This document shows, in pieces, positions 8,080 to 17,142 of a stretch of DNA of 64,000 bases. Under the pieces are notes generated by a model, which did not search any database, was not told where the DNA came from, and saw only the letters and a list, made by a program, of their open reading frames with translations. The position numbers were made by a program, and so were the translations under genes. Origin of the DNA: Acidobacteriota bacterium. GTDB taxonomy: Bacteria; Acidobacteriota; UBA6911; RPQK01; JAJDTT01. The stretch's first letter is position 1. Each line of letters starts with the position of its first letter. The stretch spans positions 4,064,001 to 4,128,000 of the forward strand of contig OZ242374.1 in assembly GCA_965209055.1 (NCBI GenBank), written 5' to 3'.

Positions 8080-8970
8080 TCAGGATCCCGGAACCGGTTG
8101 CAGGCGTTCCCGCGCCACGCCGGTCAGGAGAAGTCGATGCCGGAGCGAGGTCAGCGTCCGCTTCATGGATGTTCGGGCGATGGATCTCACGAGGGGAGCC
8201 ACGATCGGCTTGAAGATGCCGGGGTAGCCGCGGCTCAGGGACAGCGATTCGCATTCCACCACCACGCCGCCGTCGATCTGCTGATATCTCCAGTAGGAAT
8301 TGAGGCCCCACAGGAATCCCCGGTCGTGTCCGGGGACCTTTTCACGCTCTTGGGGAGTGTGGAGTTTCTCCAGCTCGGCGATACGGGTGGCAATGCTCCG
8401 GCATGAGGCCCGGAACGGATCGTGCCAGCGGTAGTGGACCAGGTGTTCCGTGTTGTAGGCGACGGTGACGATTTTCTTGCGAACCAACTTCAGGTAGATG
8501 CGCAGGGAGTTATCGTCCCGTTCCAATATTTTCGTTTCCAACACGTCTTTTTGCGGAGGCACATTGGGGTCCGGATAGCGCAGGCGATGGATGACCTGTT
8601 CCAGACGGACGGAAGGAATCAGAATGGTTCCCCGCCAGTGGTGGATCATTCCACCGGGGACTTTGACGGTTTGGCCCCGGGCATCCTCCGTTTCCATCCG
8701 GGCGACCGTGACCTGGCCCGAACGGACCCGTTGCCAAGTCACCCGCGCTTCGTTCATCCGACCGAATTCGTGTCCGAGGAACCTCTTCTGCGATGCCAGC
8801 TCGTTGCCGATTCTTTCCTCGGTGAGCCGAACGTATTTGTCCCAGGCCAGCAGGGTCTCAGGTTTCAACTCGGCTCCGTGAACCCTTGAGCCCGGGAACA
8901 GGGGGTACCCCGCGGCCAGGACGATGGTTGCCAGCGCCAACCACACCTTGATCGATGAAATTGGTCTCAT
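8080..8970 (-). CDS. Exported hypothetical protein, START/SRPBCC-like (paralog of 12358-13317)
   Basis: Signal peptide; shares LKPET..D.YV, KKI.TV..NTEH, TRIAE, DRGF.W.LN.YW and SLSR with the paralog. Confidence 0.75.
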   Translation of the reverse strand: MRPISSIKVWLALATIVLAAGYPLFPGSRVHGAELKPETLLAWDKYVRLTEERIGNELASQKRFLGHEFGRMNEARVTWQRVRSGQVTVARMETEDARGQTVKVPGGMIHHWRGTILIPSVRLEQVIHRLRYPDPNVPPQKDVLETKILERDDNSLRIYLKLVRKKIVTVAYNTEHLVHYRWHDPFRASCRSIATRIAELEKLHTPQEREKVPGHDRGFLWGLNSYWRYQQIDGGVVVECESLSLSRGYPGIFKPIVAPLVRSIARTSMKRTLTSLRHRLLLTGVARERLQPVPGS

Positions 8971-8971
8971 T

Positions 8972-9397
8972 TCATTTCTCCTTGGCGGCCTGTCCGAAGA
9001 CCAGCCAATGGCTGGAAAAGTAGTTCAACGTGGAGCAGGAAGCGATGGCCATCAGGTTGGCCGGCAGGTAGTGAAAATTCAGGCCGGCCACCAGGAACTC
9101 CATCAGAAACAGGTTTTGGACGATGGAGACCGTGCCGACGGTCATGTTGAAGCGAAGCAACCGGCCCAAGACACTCGTTTCCGCCGTTGCGGTGCGGTCC
9201 GACCACGTCCAACGCTCATGCCACCAGAAGTTGTGCAACACCGCCATCTCCACGGCCAGGGCGGTGGCCGGCAGGTAGTGCAGGTTCCAGACACTGCGCA
9301 CAAACATGAGAACGGTGATCTGAACCAATACTCCCATCAGGCCGACGGCGTTGAATCGGGCCCATCGGATCAAGTGTTCCATCTCGGGATTCCTCAT
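8972..9397 (-). CDS. GtrA family protein
   Basis: RWARFNAVGLMGVLVQ, LHNFWWHERWTW, TLNYFSSHWLVF; four short TM helices; overlaps upstream stop (ATGA). Confidence 0.88.
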   Translation of the reverse strand: MRNPEMEHLIRWARFNAVGLMGVLVQITVLMFVRSVWNLHYLPATALAVEMAVLHNFWWHERWTWSDRTATAETSVLGRLLRFNMTVGTVSIVQNLFLMEFLVAGLNFHYLPANLMAIASCSTLNYFSSHWLVFGQAAKEK

Positions 9398-10170
9398 TTC
9401 CGGTTGCGGTGAGACCCGGTGAAGGCCGATCCCATGGGACCAAATCCGGTGGAGGGGAAACGTGGCAGGCTGATGGGAAGGGGCCGCTGGAAACGTGGCC
9501 TGGGTTCGGCGCGGTGCAGCCTTCGCGTGTGCCGGAGGGCGGAGACGGCGAATGTCAGGGCCAGACCCAGGATGCCGGCCATACCGCCGACGTCGAAGAG
9601 GTTGAAGGACCCCAGCTCTCCAAGTCCGACCACCGGCTTGTAGAAGAGAAAGACCGTGCCTGCGGCCAGCAGGAGTCGCAGTTCCGTCGGTCCGACCTTC
9701 AGGAAGGAGAGCCGAAAAACGCCGAGGACGTGGGTCGCGAGATAGATCTCGGCGGAGACCAGCAGATACGCGATCAGCAGAGCGAGCCCGACGATGGGGC
9801 TCATGAATTCGGATGCCGCCAGGCCCCCCAGCAAAAACAACGTTCCGGCCAGATCCAGGACATGATCGACGTAGTAGCCGTAACGCGGCCTCTGCTGGTT
9901 CCGCACCCGGGCCAGCGTGCCGTCCAGACTGTCACCGAACCAGTTCAGAACGAGGCCTGCCACGACCAGGAACAAGGCCCGCCGGTCCCAGGAAGCCGCG
10001 CAGTAGGAGAGGCCCACTCCCAGCATGGCCAGGACTCCCAGAAGGCTCAGATGATCGGCGTTGACCCAGGCCGGGAGCCGCCGGGCGATCCACACCAGGA
10101 GTCTCCTTTCGGCGGAGGCCAGGATGCTGTCGTGATGCCGTACGTGTTTGAAACCCTTTTGTCTCCTCAT
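9394..10170 (-). CDS. CDP-alcohol phosphatidyltransferase family protein
   Basis: Signature DSLDGTLAR...GYYVDHVLD; start refined to ATG 10170 with GGAGG RBS. Confidence 0.9.
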   Translation of the reverse strand: MRRQKGFKHVRHHDSILASAERRLLVWIARRLPAWVNADHLSLLGVLAMLGVGLSYCAASWDRRALFLVVAGLVLNWFGDSLDGTLARVRNQQRPRYGYYVDHVLDLAGTLFLLGGLAASEFMSPIVGLALLIAYLLVSAEIYLATHVLGVFRLSFLKVGPTELRLLLAAGTVFLFYKPVVGLGELGSFNLFDVGGMAGILGLALTFAVSALRHTRRLHRAEPRPRFQRPLPISLPRFPSTGFGPMGSAFTGSHRNRK

Positions 10171-10274
10171 GAAGCTCCTCCGTGATTCACTTCCGCAGCC
10201 GAAAACCCGCCGGGTGCGTCCCGGCAGATATCGGCCGCACCGAGAGGGAATGTGAGAACGGCGAGAAAAAGGGC

Positions 10275-11795
10275 TCAGGAGGATCGGTCGGATGAAGGTG
10301 GGACCGGTTCGAAGACGGCCCGTTCGGTGGCCGGCTCGACCAACAGGAAGACGACAGTGTAGCTGACGGCTACGGCGGCCAGGCATCCGGCCAGGAGTTG
10401 TTCCTGGGTGACGATGAGGGCGGCGCCGAGGAGGAGGCAGAGGGAGAAGAGTCCATCGACCCGCCGTTTCCATCCGCGGACCCGGTTCAGTTCCGCGTCG
10501 ATGGCGGAACGGTTGAACCTTGCCGTGAACAGGAGGTGGGTGCGGATGGTGCCGTTGCAAAGGGCACAGCCCAGCACCAGAAAGAAAAGACCCAGGGGCA
10601 GCGCCGTGGCGACCGGCGCCTGGGAGGCAGCCTGCTTGAACTTCCAGGCGCCGAAGACCATCACCGCGTAAAAAATGACCACGGCTGACTGGTGGAACAC
10701 CCACCAGCCGCCGTGAAGCGATGCACGGGATCCCAGAGTGTCCCTGGATTTGCCTGTGATCTTCGATTCGAGGCGCTGCACCTGCGCCAGGAGCTCTTCG
10801 GTGGATTGAAAACGGTCGTCCGGATCCTTCTCGAGACAGCGCGCGAGGATCGGTTCCAGCATGGACGGCGGCCCGACGGCGTCGGACCGGCCGGGTCTGC
10901 CCTCCAGGATCCTGGCCACCGTCACCAAAGGAGTCTTGCCTTCGAACGGGTGGCGGCCCGTTGCCAGCTCGTACAACAACATTCCGAAAGAGAAGAGGTC
11001 GGAGCGGAAGTCGGCTTCCTGTCCCTCCAACTGCTCGGGGGACATGTAGACCGGGGTGCCGAGAACGGTTCCTTCCTGCGTCAGGCGCTGGCTGTGGGAG
11101 GGTTCCGGCGTGGGAAGCGCCAGACCGAAATCGACGATCTTCAGATTCCCCTGCGCATCGAGTAAAACGTTTTCCGGTTTGAGGTCCCGATGGACCACTC
11201 CGTTGGAGTGGGCGGCCCTGAGGCCCTGGCACACCTGAGTCGCTACCCGGAAGAGTTCGGGGAGGGGAACAGGCCCCTGCTCGATTCGCGATCGCAGATT
11301 CTCCCCCTCGACGTACTCGCCGGAGATATAGAGCCCACCGTCAATTTCTTCCAAGGCATAGACGGCCGCGATGGCGGGGTGATTGAGGGAAGCCGCGACT
11401 TTGGCCTCGCGGCGGAGCCGCCGCCGTTGTTCGACGTCGCGGCCCACGAGTGGAGAGACTGCCTTGAGAGCCACGGTACGGTCCAGACGCGTGTCGACGG
11501 CGCGGTAGACGACCCCCATGCCACCCCGTCCCGCCTCGCCGAGAATCCGGTACGGGCCCAGTGTGTCCCCTGCCGTCAGGAGACTGGCGGCCGTTTCGAC
11601 GCCGGCTGGTTGAAACAGGTTCCCGTCCAGGAAGGCGGTTTCAGAGTCGTGGTGAGACAGAAGCGACAGGACCTCGCGGGTCAGCTCCGTGTCGGGGGAA
11701 CATTCCCGCCGGACAAAGTCCTCCCGCGATTCCGAATCGTGTTCCAAGGCGGCCTCGAAGATCTCCTTGACTCGCTGAAACGTTCTCGGGTTCAT
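10275..11795 (-). CDS. Hanks-type Ser/Thr protein kinase with C-terminal multi-TM domain
   Basis: GRGGMGVVY, VALK, HRDLKPEN, DFG, GTPVYMSPEQ; N-terminal FQRVKEIFEAALE helix typical of kinases paired with TIGR02999 sigmas; ATG 11795 overlaps sigma stop. Confidence 0.92.
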   Translation of the reverse strand: MNPRTFQRVKEIFEAALEHDSESREDFVRRECSPDTELTREVLSLLSHHDSETAFLDGNLFQPAGVETAASLLTAGDTLGPYRILGEAGRGGMGVVYRAVDTRLDRTVALKAVSPLVGRDVEQRRRLRREAKVAASLNHPAIAAVYALEEIDGGLYISGEYVEGENLRSRIEQGPVPLPELFRVATQVCQGLRAAHSNGVVHRDLKPENVLLDAQGNLKIVDFGLALPTPEPSHSQRLTQEGTVLGTPVYMSPEQLEGQEADFRSDLFSFGMLLYELATGRHPFEGKTPLVTVARILEGRPGRSDAVGPPSMLEPILARCLEKDPDDRFQSTEELLAQVQRLESKITGKSRDTLGSRASLHGGWWVFHQSAVVIFYAVMVFGAWKFKQAASQAPVATALPLGLFFLVLGCALCNGTIRTHLLFTARFNRSAIDAELNRVRGWKRRVDGLFSLCLLLGAALIVTQEQLLAGCLAAVAVSYTVVFLLVEPATERAVFEPVPPSSDRSS

Positions 11796-12352
11796 GCGTT
11801 CAACTCGCGTCGCAACCAAGCTCGGGAGAGCGCCCACCAGCGTTTGGTGGTGGCGGGGGAGATACCCATGACCTCGCTGGTTTCCGCTAGTGTCAGGCCT
11901 CCGAAGAACCTGAGCTCGACGAGTCGGGCCTGTTTTGGATCCAACTCGGCGAGAGCCCGCAGTGCTTGGTCCAGAGCCATGAAATCGATGGATCGCGCAT
12001 TCTGGCCCAGAGTCTCGTCGATGAGAGTCACCGCATGCTGCCCGCCGCCCCGCTTCCGGGCCATTCTCGCTCGTGCCCGTTCCACCAGGATCTGCCGCAT
12101 GGAACGGGCCGCGATACCCAGCAAATGAGCTCTGTCTTTCCAATTCACCTGCTTCTCGCCGAGGAGTCGAAGGTACGCCTCATGGACCAGGGCCGTGGCG
12201 GGCAGCGTCTGGCGGGCCTCCCGGCGCATGTAGTTGCCGGCCAACCTTCTCAGTTCCTGATAGACAATGGGGAAGAGTTGAGAAAGGGCGTTCTCATCTC
12301 CGGATCTGGACTCGTGGATCAGCCGCGCCATTGCCTGGGGATTCTCAGGCAC
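11792..12352 (-). CDS. ECF sigma factor, TIGR02999/ECF43-like (kinase-associated)
   Basis: YQELRRLA, TLPATALVHEAYLRL, MRQILVERAR...KRGGG, VELRFFGGLT..ET..VMGISPAT. Confidence 0.9.
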   Translation of the reverse strand: MPENPQAMARLIHESRSGDENALSQLFPIVYQELRRLAGNYMRREARQTLPATALVHEAYLRLLGEKQVNWKDRAHLLGIAARSMRQILVERARARMARKRGGGQHAVTLIDETLGQNARSIDFMALDQALRALAELDPKQARLVELRFFGGLTLAETSEVMGISPATTKRWWALSRAWLRRELNA

Positions 12353-12357
12353 TACCG

Positions 12358-13317
12358 TTACTCCTGGCCGCCGGGGATCGGTGGCGCATTGCCCCCTTTG
12401 AACCGACGGCCCGCGGGAATCCTATCAACCGGTGTGACCGTCGCAGTCGCGTGGGACCTCGCTTCACGAGGGATATACGCCCAATCGACCCATCGTTTTG
12501 CATTCCGCACTCCGCCTCGGAGTCTGTCCGTCACGGCCTGGCGAGTGCCTCGCAGAGTGTTTCGAAGAGCCTGGCGGGGGACGCTTGTCACGAGCGGTTT
12601 GAGCATCCAGCGGAGCGCAAAGGGAATCTTCCGGGAAAGAGAAACGGCCCAACATTCGGTGGCCACCCCGCCCTCCCGCTCCTCCAGGTGCCAATAGGCG
12701 TTCAGTCGCCACATGAAGCCGCGGTCGTCGCCGACCGGCAATTCCCGCTCCTTGGGTTTTCCCGCATCCTTGACCTCGGCGATTCTGGTGCTCCGCGACA
12801 CACCCCGCCAGCGTTTCGGAGACACCTGCGAATAGACGACCTCGTGTTCGGTATTGAAGATCACGGTCAGGATCTTCTTCATTCTGAGGCGCTGGTAACC
12901 TCGGAGACTGTACCCGTCGCGACTCAGGAGTCTGGAATCCAGAACTTCCGGGTACCATTCCCGGTGGCGGTCGAAATCCATCAGCACCGACAGGACGTCG
13001 GCGGAAACCGCGCCGGGAATGAAGACGGCTCCCAGCCAGACGTTGATCCTGGCGCCTGGGACTTCAGGCAGGTCTTTCAGTTCGTCGATCAGGATCTGGC
13101 CCCGCTTCAGCGCCGCCCGGTTCTCGAGGTCCTGGTCAGACCAGAGGAACGGCATTTCCCCGCTGAATCGCTTTTCAAGACTCGCCTCCAGGTCTTGGAC
13201 ATACCGGTCGTAATCCTGGACTGTTTCGGGTTTCAGCTTGGCCCCGGCTGGCGCCGATTCCCCCAGGGACAAGAGGAGAATGACGGCCGGGAGAAGCCGC
13301 AGACATCTCGAAATCAC
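12358..13317 (-). CDS. Exported hypothetical protein, START/SRPBCC-like (paralog of 8080-8970)
   Basis: Start refined to GTG 13317 ahead of a signal peptide; VLSVLMDFDRHREWYPEV and a C-terminal amphipathic helix resemble the helix-grip fold. Confidence 0.72.
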   Translation of the reverse strand: MISRCLRLLPAVILLLSLGESAPAGAKLKPETVQDYDRYVQDLEASLEKRFSGEMPFLWSDQDLENRAALKRGQILIDELKDLPEVPGARINVWLGAVFIPGAVSADVLSVLMDFDRHREWYPEVLDSRLLSRDGYSLRGYQRLRMKKILTVIFNTEHEVVYSQVSPKRWRGVSRSTRIAEVKDAGKPKERELPVGDDRGFMWRLNAYWHLEEREGGVATECWAVSLSRKIPFALRWMLKPLVTSVPRQALRNTLRGTRQAVTDRLRGGVRNAKRWVDWAYIPREARSHATATVTPVDRIPAGRRFKGGNAPPIPGGQE

Positions 13318-13517
13318 AGAATCCCGCTCCCGAAGACGATGCTGACGTTCTCCTGCCCGCAGCCGGTGCGCCAAGCCTGGGCTTCCAGCGGAGATAGTAC
13401 GATATTCTTCCGAAGCGGGGAGGCAGGATCGACGCCTTACTGCCAGCCGCCGCGTCTCCGCATCCACCATTGGAACGCTTCGGTCGAGTGTGTGATGATT
13501 CCCATTGCGGGTTGCCC

Positions 13518-16500
13518 ATGCCTCTCAGCCGGTTTTTGCCCAGCCTTCCCCTGATTCTCGCTTTGGGGCCCGCGATTGGCGGGTCCCGACCCGAACGAGT
13601 CGATTTCAACCGCGACGTGGAGCCCATTCTCAAGAAGAACTGCCACGCGTGCCACGGGGAGCGCGTCCAGTCGGGTGGGCTGCGGCTGGATTCCCGGAAG
13701 GCGGCCTGGCAGGGCGGAGCATCGGGCCGGGCGCCCATCGTACCGGGGCGTAGCCGGGACAGTTTTCTGATCCAAGTGTTGACCGCAAGCGATTCCTCCA
13801 CGACGCGGCGGATGCCGGCCTTTGCGGATCCGCTTCCCGGAAGCGAGATCGATCTCATCCGGCGTTGGATCGACCAGGGCGCCGAATGGCTCGAGGGGAA
13901 GGAATCCCGGGATCAGAACCACTGGGCCTTCGTCCGGCCGCAGCGTCCGGCGTTGCCCTCAGGCGAACCTCGGGAATGGATCCGGAATCCCATCGACAGT
14001 TTCATTCTGGAACGGCTTGAAGCCGAGCATCTGACCCCGTCTCCGGAAGCGTCGCGGGCGACCCTGGCGCGGCGCGTTCACCTGGACCTGATCGGGTTGC
14101 CTCCCACCCTTGCGGAGCTGGACCGGTTCCTGGGAGACGGCGATCCAGGCGCCTACGAACGGATGGTGGACCGGTTGATGGCGTCGCCCCGTTTCGGCGA
14201 GCGTTGGGCCCGCGACTGGTTGGACGTGGCTCGGTATGCGGATACGAACGGATACGAGAAGGACCGGGTCCGCTCCATTTGGCCGTACCGGGACTGGGTG
14301 ATCCGCGCGCTGAACAGAGACCTGCCCTTCGACCGCTTCGTGGTGGATCAGCTGGCGGGGGACATGCTTCCCGGCCGGGGCCCGGAAGGGCGGATCGCCA
14401 CCGGATTCCACCGCAACACCATGCTCAACGAGGAGGGCGGAATCGACGTGGAGGAATTCCGGTTCGCCTCCGTGGTGGACCGGGTCAACACGACGGCGGC
14501 GGCATTTCTGGGCCTGACGCTGGCCTGCGCCCAGTGCCACGACCACAAGTACGATCCCATCACCCAGACGGAGTACTACGGGTTTCTCGCCTTTCTCAAC
14601 AACGCGGACGAACCGGAAATGAGGGTCCCGGACCGGAGGGTCGGCGAGAAACGGAAAGAGATCCAGGGCCGAATCCGCTCCCTGGAGTCTCAGCTCTCCG
14701 GGAAGTTTCCTCCGTATGGCTTCCGGAGCGTCTGGGACACGACGCCGCCTCGCGTGGTCACGTCGTCGGGAGGTGCGCACCTCACCCGGCGCCCGGACGG
14801 CTCCATCGAAGCTTCGGGTCCCAATCCGGAGCAGGAGGTCTATCGCTGGGTCGTCCGCCCGGCGACTGCGGTGGACCTGATCCGGCTCGAGGTCTTTCAT
14901 GACCCGGACGGCTCACCGCAAGGTCCCGGACGCGGGGTAAAAGGGGAGGCCGTTGTCTCCGAAATCGAGCTGCATGTGAAGGACCGAGGAGGCGGCTCGC
15001 CGCGCCGGTTGGTCCTGGGAGAACCGACGGCGACCTTGTCGCGTGAGGGGTTCGAGGTTTCCAAGGCTCTCGACGGTGATCCCGAGACGGGCTGGGGGCT
15101 GTCCAGGACTTACGGCCACCACAGGGCCGTCTTCCGCCTGGAAGAACCTCTGCGCTTGGCCTCCGGCGAGGATCTGGTCGTCACCGTGAAACAACTGGCC
15201 GGGGCCGGAAAAAACCTGGGCCGTTTCCGGATCTTTCCGGGGCAGGAGCATCGTACCCACGATCGCCCCGATCTTCCGGAACAGGAACAGCGCGGCCGTC
15301 ATATGGTGGCGAAATACGAGGCCTGGAAAAAGGAGGCTCGCCGCCTGGTTCGATCCTGGTCGATGCGCCGTCCTCTGAAACTGGTCTCGGAGAAATCGGC
15401 GACGCTCACCGTGCTCGACGATACGTCGGTTCTGGTGAGCGGAAACCATCCCAACTCGGACACGTATACGTTCGAGGTCGAACCGGGTCTGCCCACCGTC
15501 ACGGGCCTGCGGATCGAATTCCTGGGTCATGAGAGCCTGCCCGGAGGAGGACCGGGCCGCGGGACCGTCCTGGAAGAGGGCAACTTCATGCTCAGCGAGG
15601 TTACGGTCCAAGGCATTTCCGCCTCGGCGCCGGAGGGATCGACCCCATACGCTTTCCGGCGAGCCACCGCAGACTCGTTTTATCGCCATTTGCATCCGGG
15701 CATGACCCTGGACGGAGACACGCAGACCGGCTGGTCTCCCGACCGGGAACGGGGGATGCCGCAGAGCATCGTCTACGAGTTCAAGGAACCGGTCACCGTG
15801 GCCGGTGGCGAGCGGCTCAAGGTGACACTCGTCCAGAACCACATTCACACCCATACCATCGGACGTTTTCGGGTATTCCTGTCGGCCGGAAAATCCCCCC
15901 TGTCGAGTTCGGGTCTGCCGTTGCGCATCGAGTCGATCCTGTCGGCTTCGCCTGATTCCGCGACGCCCGATGACCGGGAGGCTCTCCTCCGGCACTTCCT
16001 TTCGGTGGCTCCGGAACTGCGGGAGGAGCAGCAAGAGATCCAGGCGCTCCGGAAGGCGATGCCGCGCCACCCCACGACTCTGGTCATGGCGGAGCGCGCC
16101 GGTCCGCGGACCACCCGGGTCCGTCATCGCGGGGAATTTCTCGAGCCTCGAGAGCAGGTGAGTCCGGGAGTGCCGGCGGTACTCCATCCCTGGCCGGCGG
16201 ACACGAATCGTGATCGGATCGCCTTCGCCCGCTGGTTGGTCAGCCGGGAGAATCCGCTGATGGCCCGCGTCGTCATGAATCGTCTCTGGTCCAGCTACTT
16301 CGGACGGGGACTCGTGACCACCATCAACGATTTTGGCCTTCGGGGCAGCCGCCCCTCCCATCCGGCATTGCTGGATTGGCTGGCGGACGAATTCATGTCT
16401 CAGGGTTGGAGCATGAAGGCGATGCACCGGCAGATCGTCCTGTCTTCCACCTACCGGCAATCGTCGAGATCGACGCCGGAACTGCTGGGGAAGGATCCGG

Positions 16501-17138
16501 AGAATGCCCTGTACGCACGGGGGCCCCGATTTCGGGTCAAAGCGGAAACGATTCGAGACATCGCCTTGGCTGTGGGTGGACTGTTGAGCCATAAAGTCGG
16601 AGGTCCCAGCGTGTTCCCTCTCCAGCCCGCCGGCGTGGCGGACCTGGTCTTCGGCGAGACGAAGTGGGAGGTGAGCGAGGGCGAGGACCGGTACCGGCGG
16701 GGACTGTATACGTTCTGGAAGCGGACCGTTCCCTATCCGGCCTTCACCACGTTCGACGCACCCCAGGGAGAGACTACCTGTCTCCGCAGGGAACGCTCCA
16801 ACACGCCGCTGCAGGCTCTGACGCTGCTCAACGACCCGGTGTTCGTGGAGGCGGCGCGGGGATTCGCTCTCAGGATTCTGCAAGACGCGCCGGAACCGGG
16901 ACGAATCGACTATGCTTTCCGGCGATGCCTCTCCCGGCCACCGGATCGCTTCGAGTCGGCCCAGATCCGGTCCTACTACGAGGCTCAGATGGAACGGATT
17001 CGGGCCGGTGGACTGACTCCGGCTCAAGGGTCGGAGATGGGACCCGTTCCGGTGGGCGTGAACCGGGAGGAACTGCTGGCGTGGACTGCGGTGGCACGGG
17101 TGCTGTTGAACCTCGACCGGACCATTTCCAAGGAGTAG
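13518..17138 (+). CDS. Planctomycete cytochrome c / DUF1549 / DUF1553 (PSD1) protein
   Basis: VDFNRDVEPILKKNCHACHG, HWAF, WLDVARYADTNGYE, CAQCHDHKYDP, PSHPALLDWLA, NTPLQALTLLNDP. Confidence 0.92.
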   Translation: MPLSRFLPSLPLILALGPAIGGSRPERVDFNRDVEPILKKNCHACHGERVQSGGLRLDSRKAAWQGGASGRAPIVPGRSRDSFLIQVLTASDSSTTRRMPAFADPLPGSEIDLIRRWIDQGAEWLEGKESRDQNHWAFVRPQRPALPSGEPREWIRNPIDSFILERLEAEHLTPSPEASRATLARRVHLDLIGLPPTLAELDRFLGDGDPGAYERMVDRLMASPRFGERWARDWLDVARYADTNGYEKDRVRSIWPYRDWVIRALNRDLPFDRFVVDQLAGDMLPGRGPEGRIATGFHRNTMLNEEGGIDVEEFRFASVVDRVNTTAAAFLGLTLACAQCHDHKYDPITQTEYYGFLAFLNNADEPEMRVPDRRVGEKRKEIQGRIRSLESQLSGKFPPYGFRSVWDTTPPRVVTSSGGAHLTRRPDGSIEASGPNPEQEVYRWVVRPATAVDLIRLEVFHDPDGSPQGPGRGVKGEAVVSEIELHVKDRGGGSPRRLVLGEPTATLSREGFEVSKALDGDPETGWGLSRTYGHHRAVFRLEEPLRLASGEDLVVTVKQLAGAGKNLGRFRIFPGQEHRTHDRPDLPEQEQRGRHMVAKYEAWKKEARRLVRSWSMRRPLKLVSEKSATLTVLDDTSVLVSGNHPNSDTYTFEVEPGLPTVTGLRIEFLGHESLPGGGPGRGTVLEEGNFMLSEVTVQGISASAPEGSTPYAFRRATADSFYRHLHPGMTLDGDTQTGWSPDRERGMPQSIVYEFKEPVTVAGGERLKVTLVQNHIHTHTIGRFRVFLSAGKSPLSSSGLPLRIESILSASPDSATPDDREALLRHFLSVAPELREEQQEIQALRKAMPRHPTTLVMAERAGPRTTRVRHRGEFLEPREQVSPGVPAVLHPWPADTNRDRIAFARWLVSRENPLMARVVMNRLWSSYFGRGLVTTINDFGLRGSRPSHPALLDWLADEFMSQGWSMKAMHRQIVLSSTYRQSSRSTPELLGKDPENALYARGPRFRVKAETIRDIALAVGGLLSHKVGGPSVFPLQPAGVADLVFGETKWEVSEGEDRYRRGLYTFWKRTVPYPAFTTFDAPQGETTCLRRERSNTPLQALTLLNDPVFVEAARGFALRILQDAPEPGRIDYAFRRCLSRPPDRFESAQIRSYYEAQMERIRAGGLTPAQGSEMGPVPVGVNREELLAWTAVARVLLNLDRTISKE

Positions 17139-17142
17139 TCGA

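Noticed and set aside
9394-11232. 612 aa ORF suggesting a large fusion to the CDP-alcohol transferase
   Set aside because: The N-terminal 354 aa overlap the kinase in another frame; ATG 10170 has a good RBS
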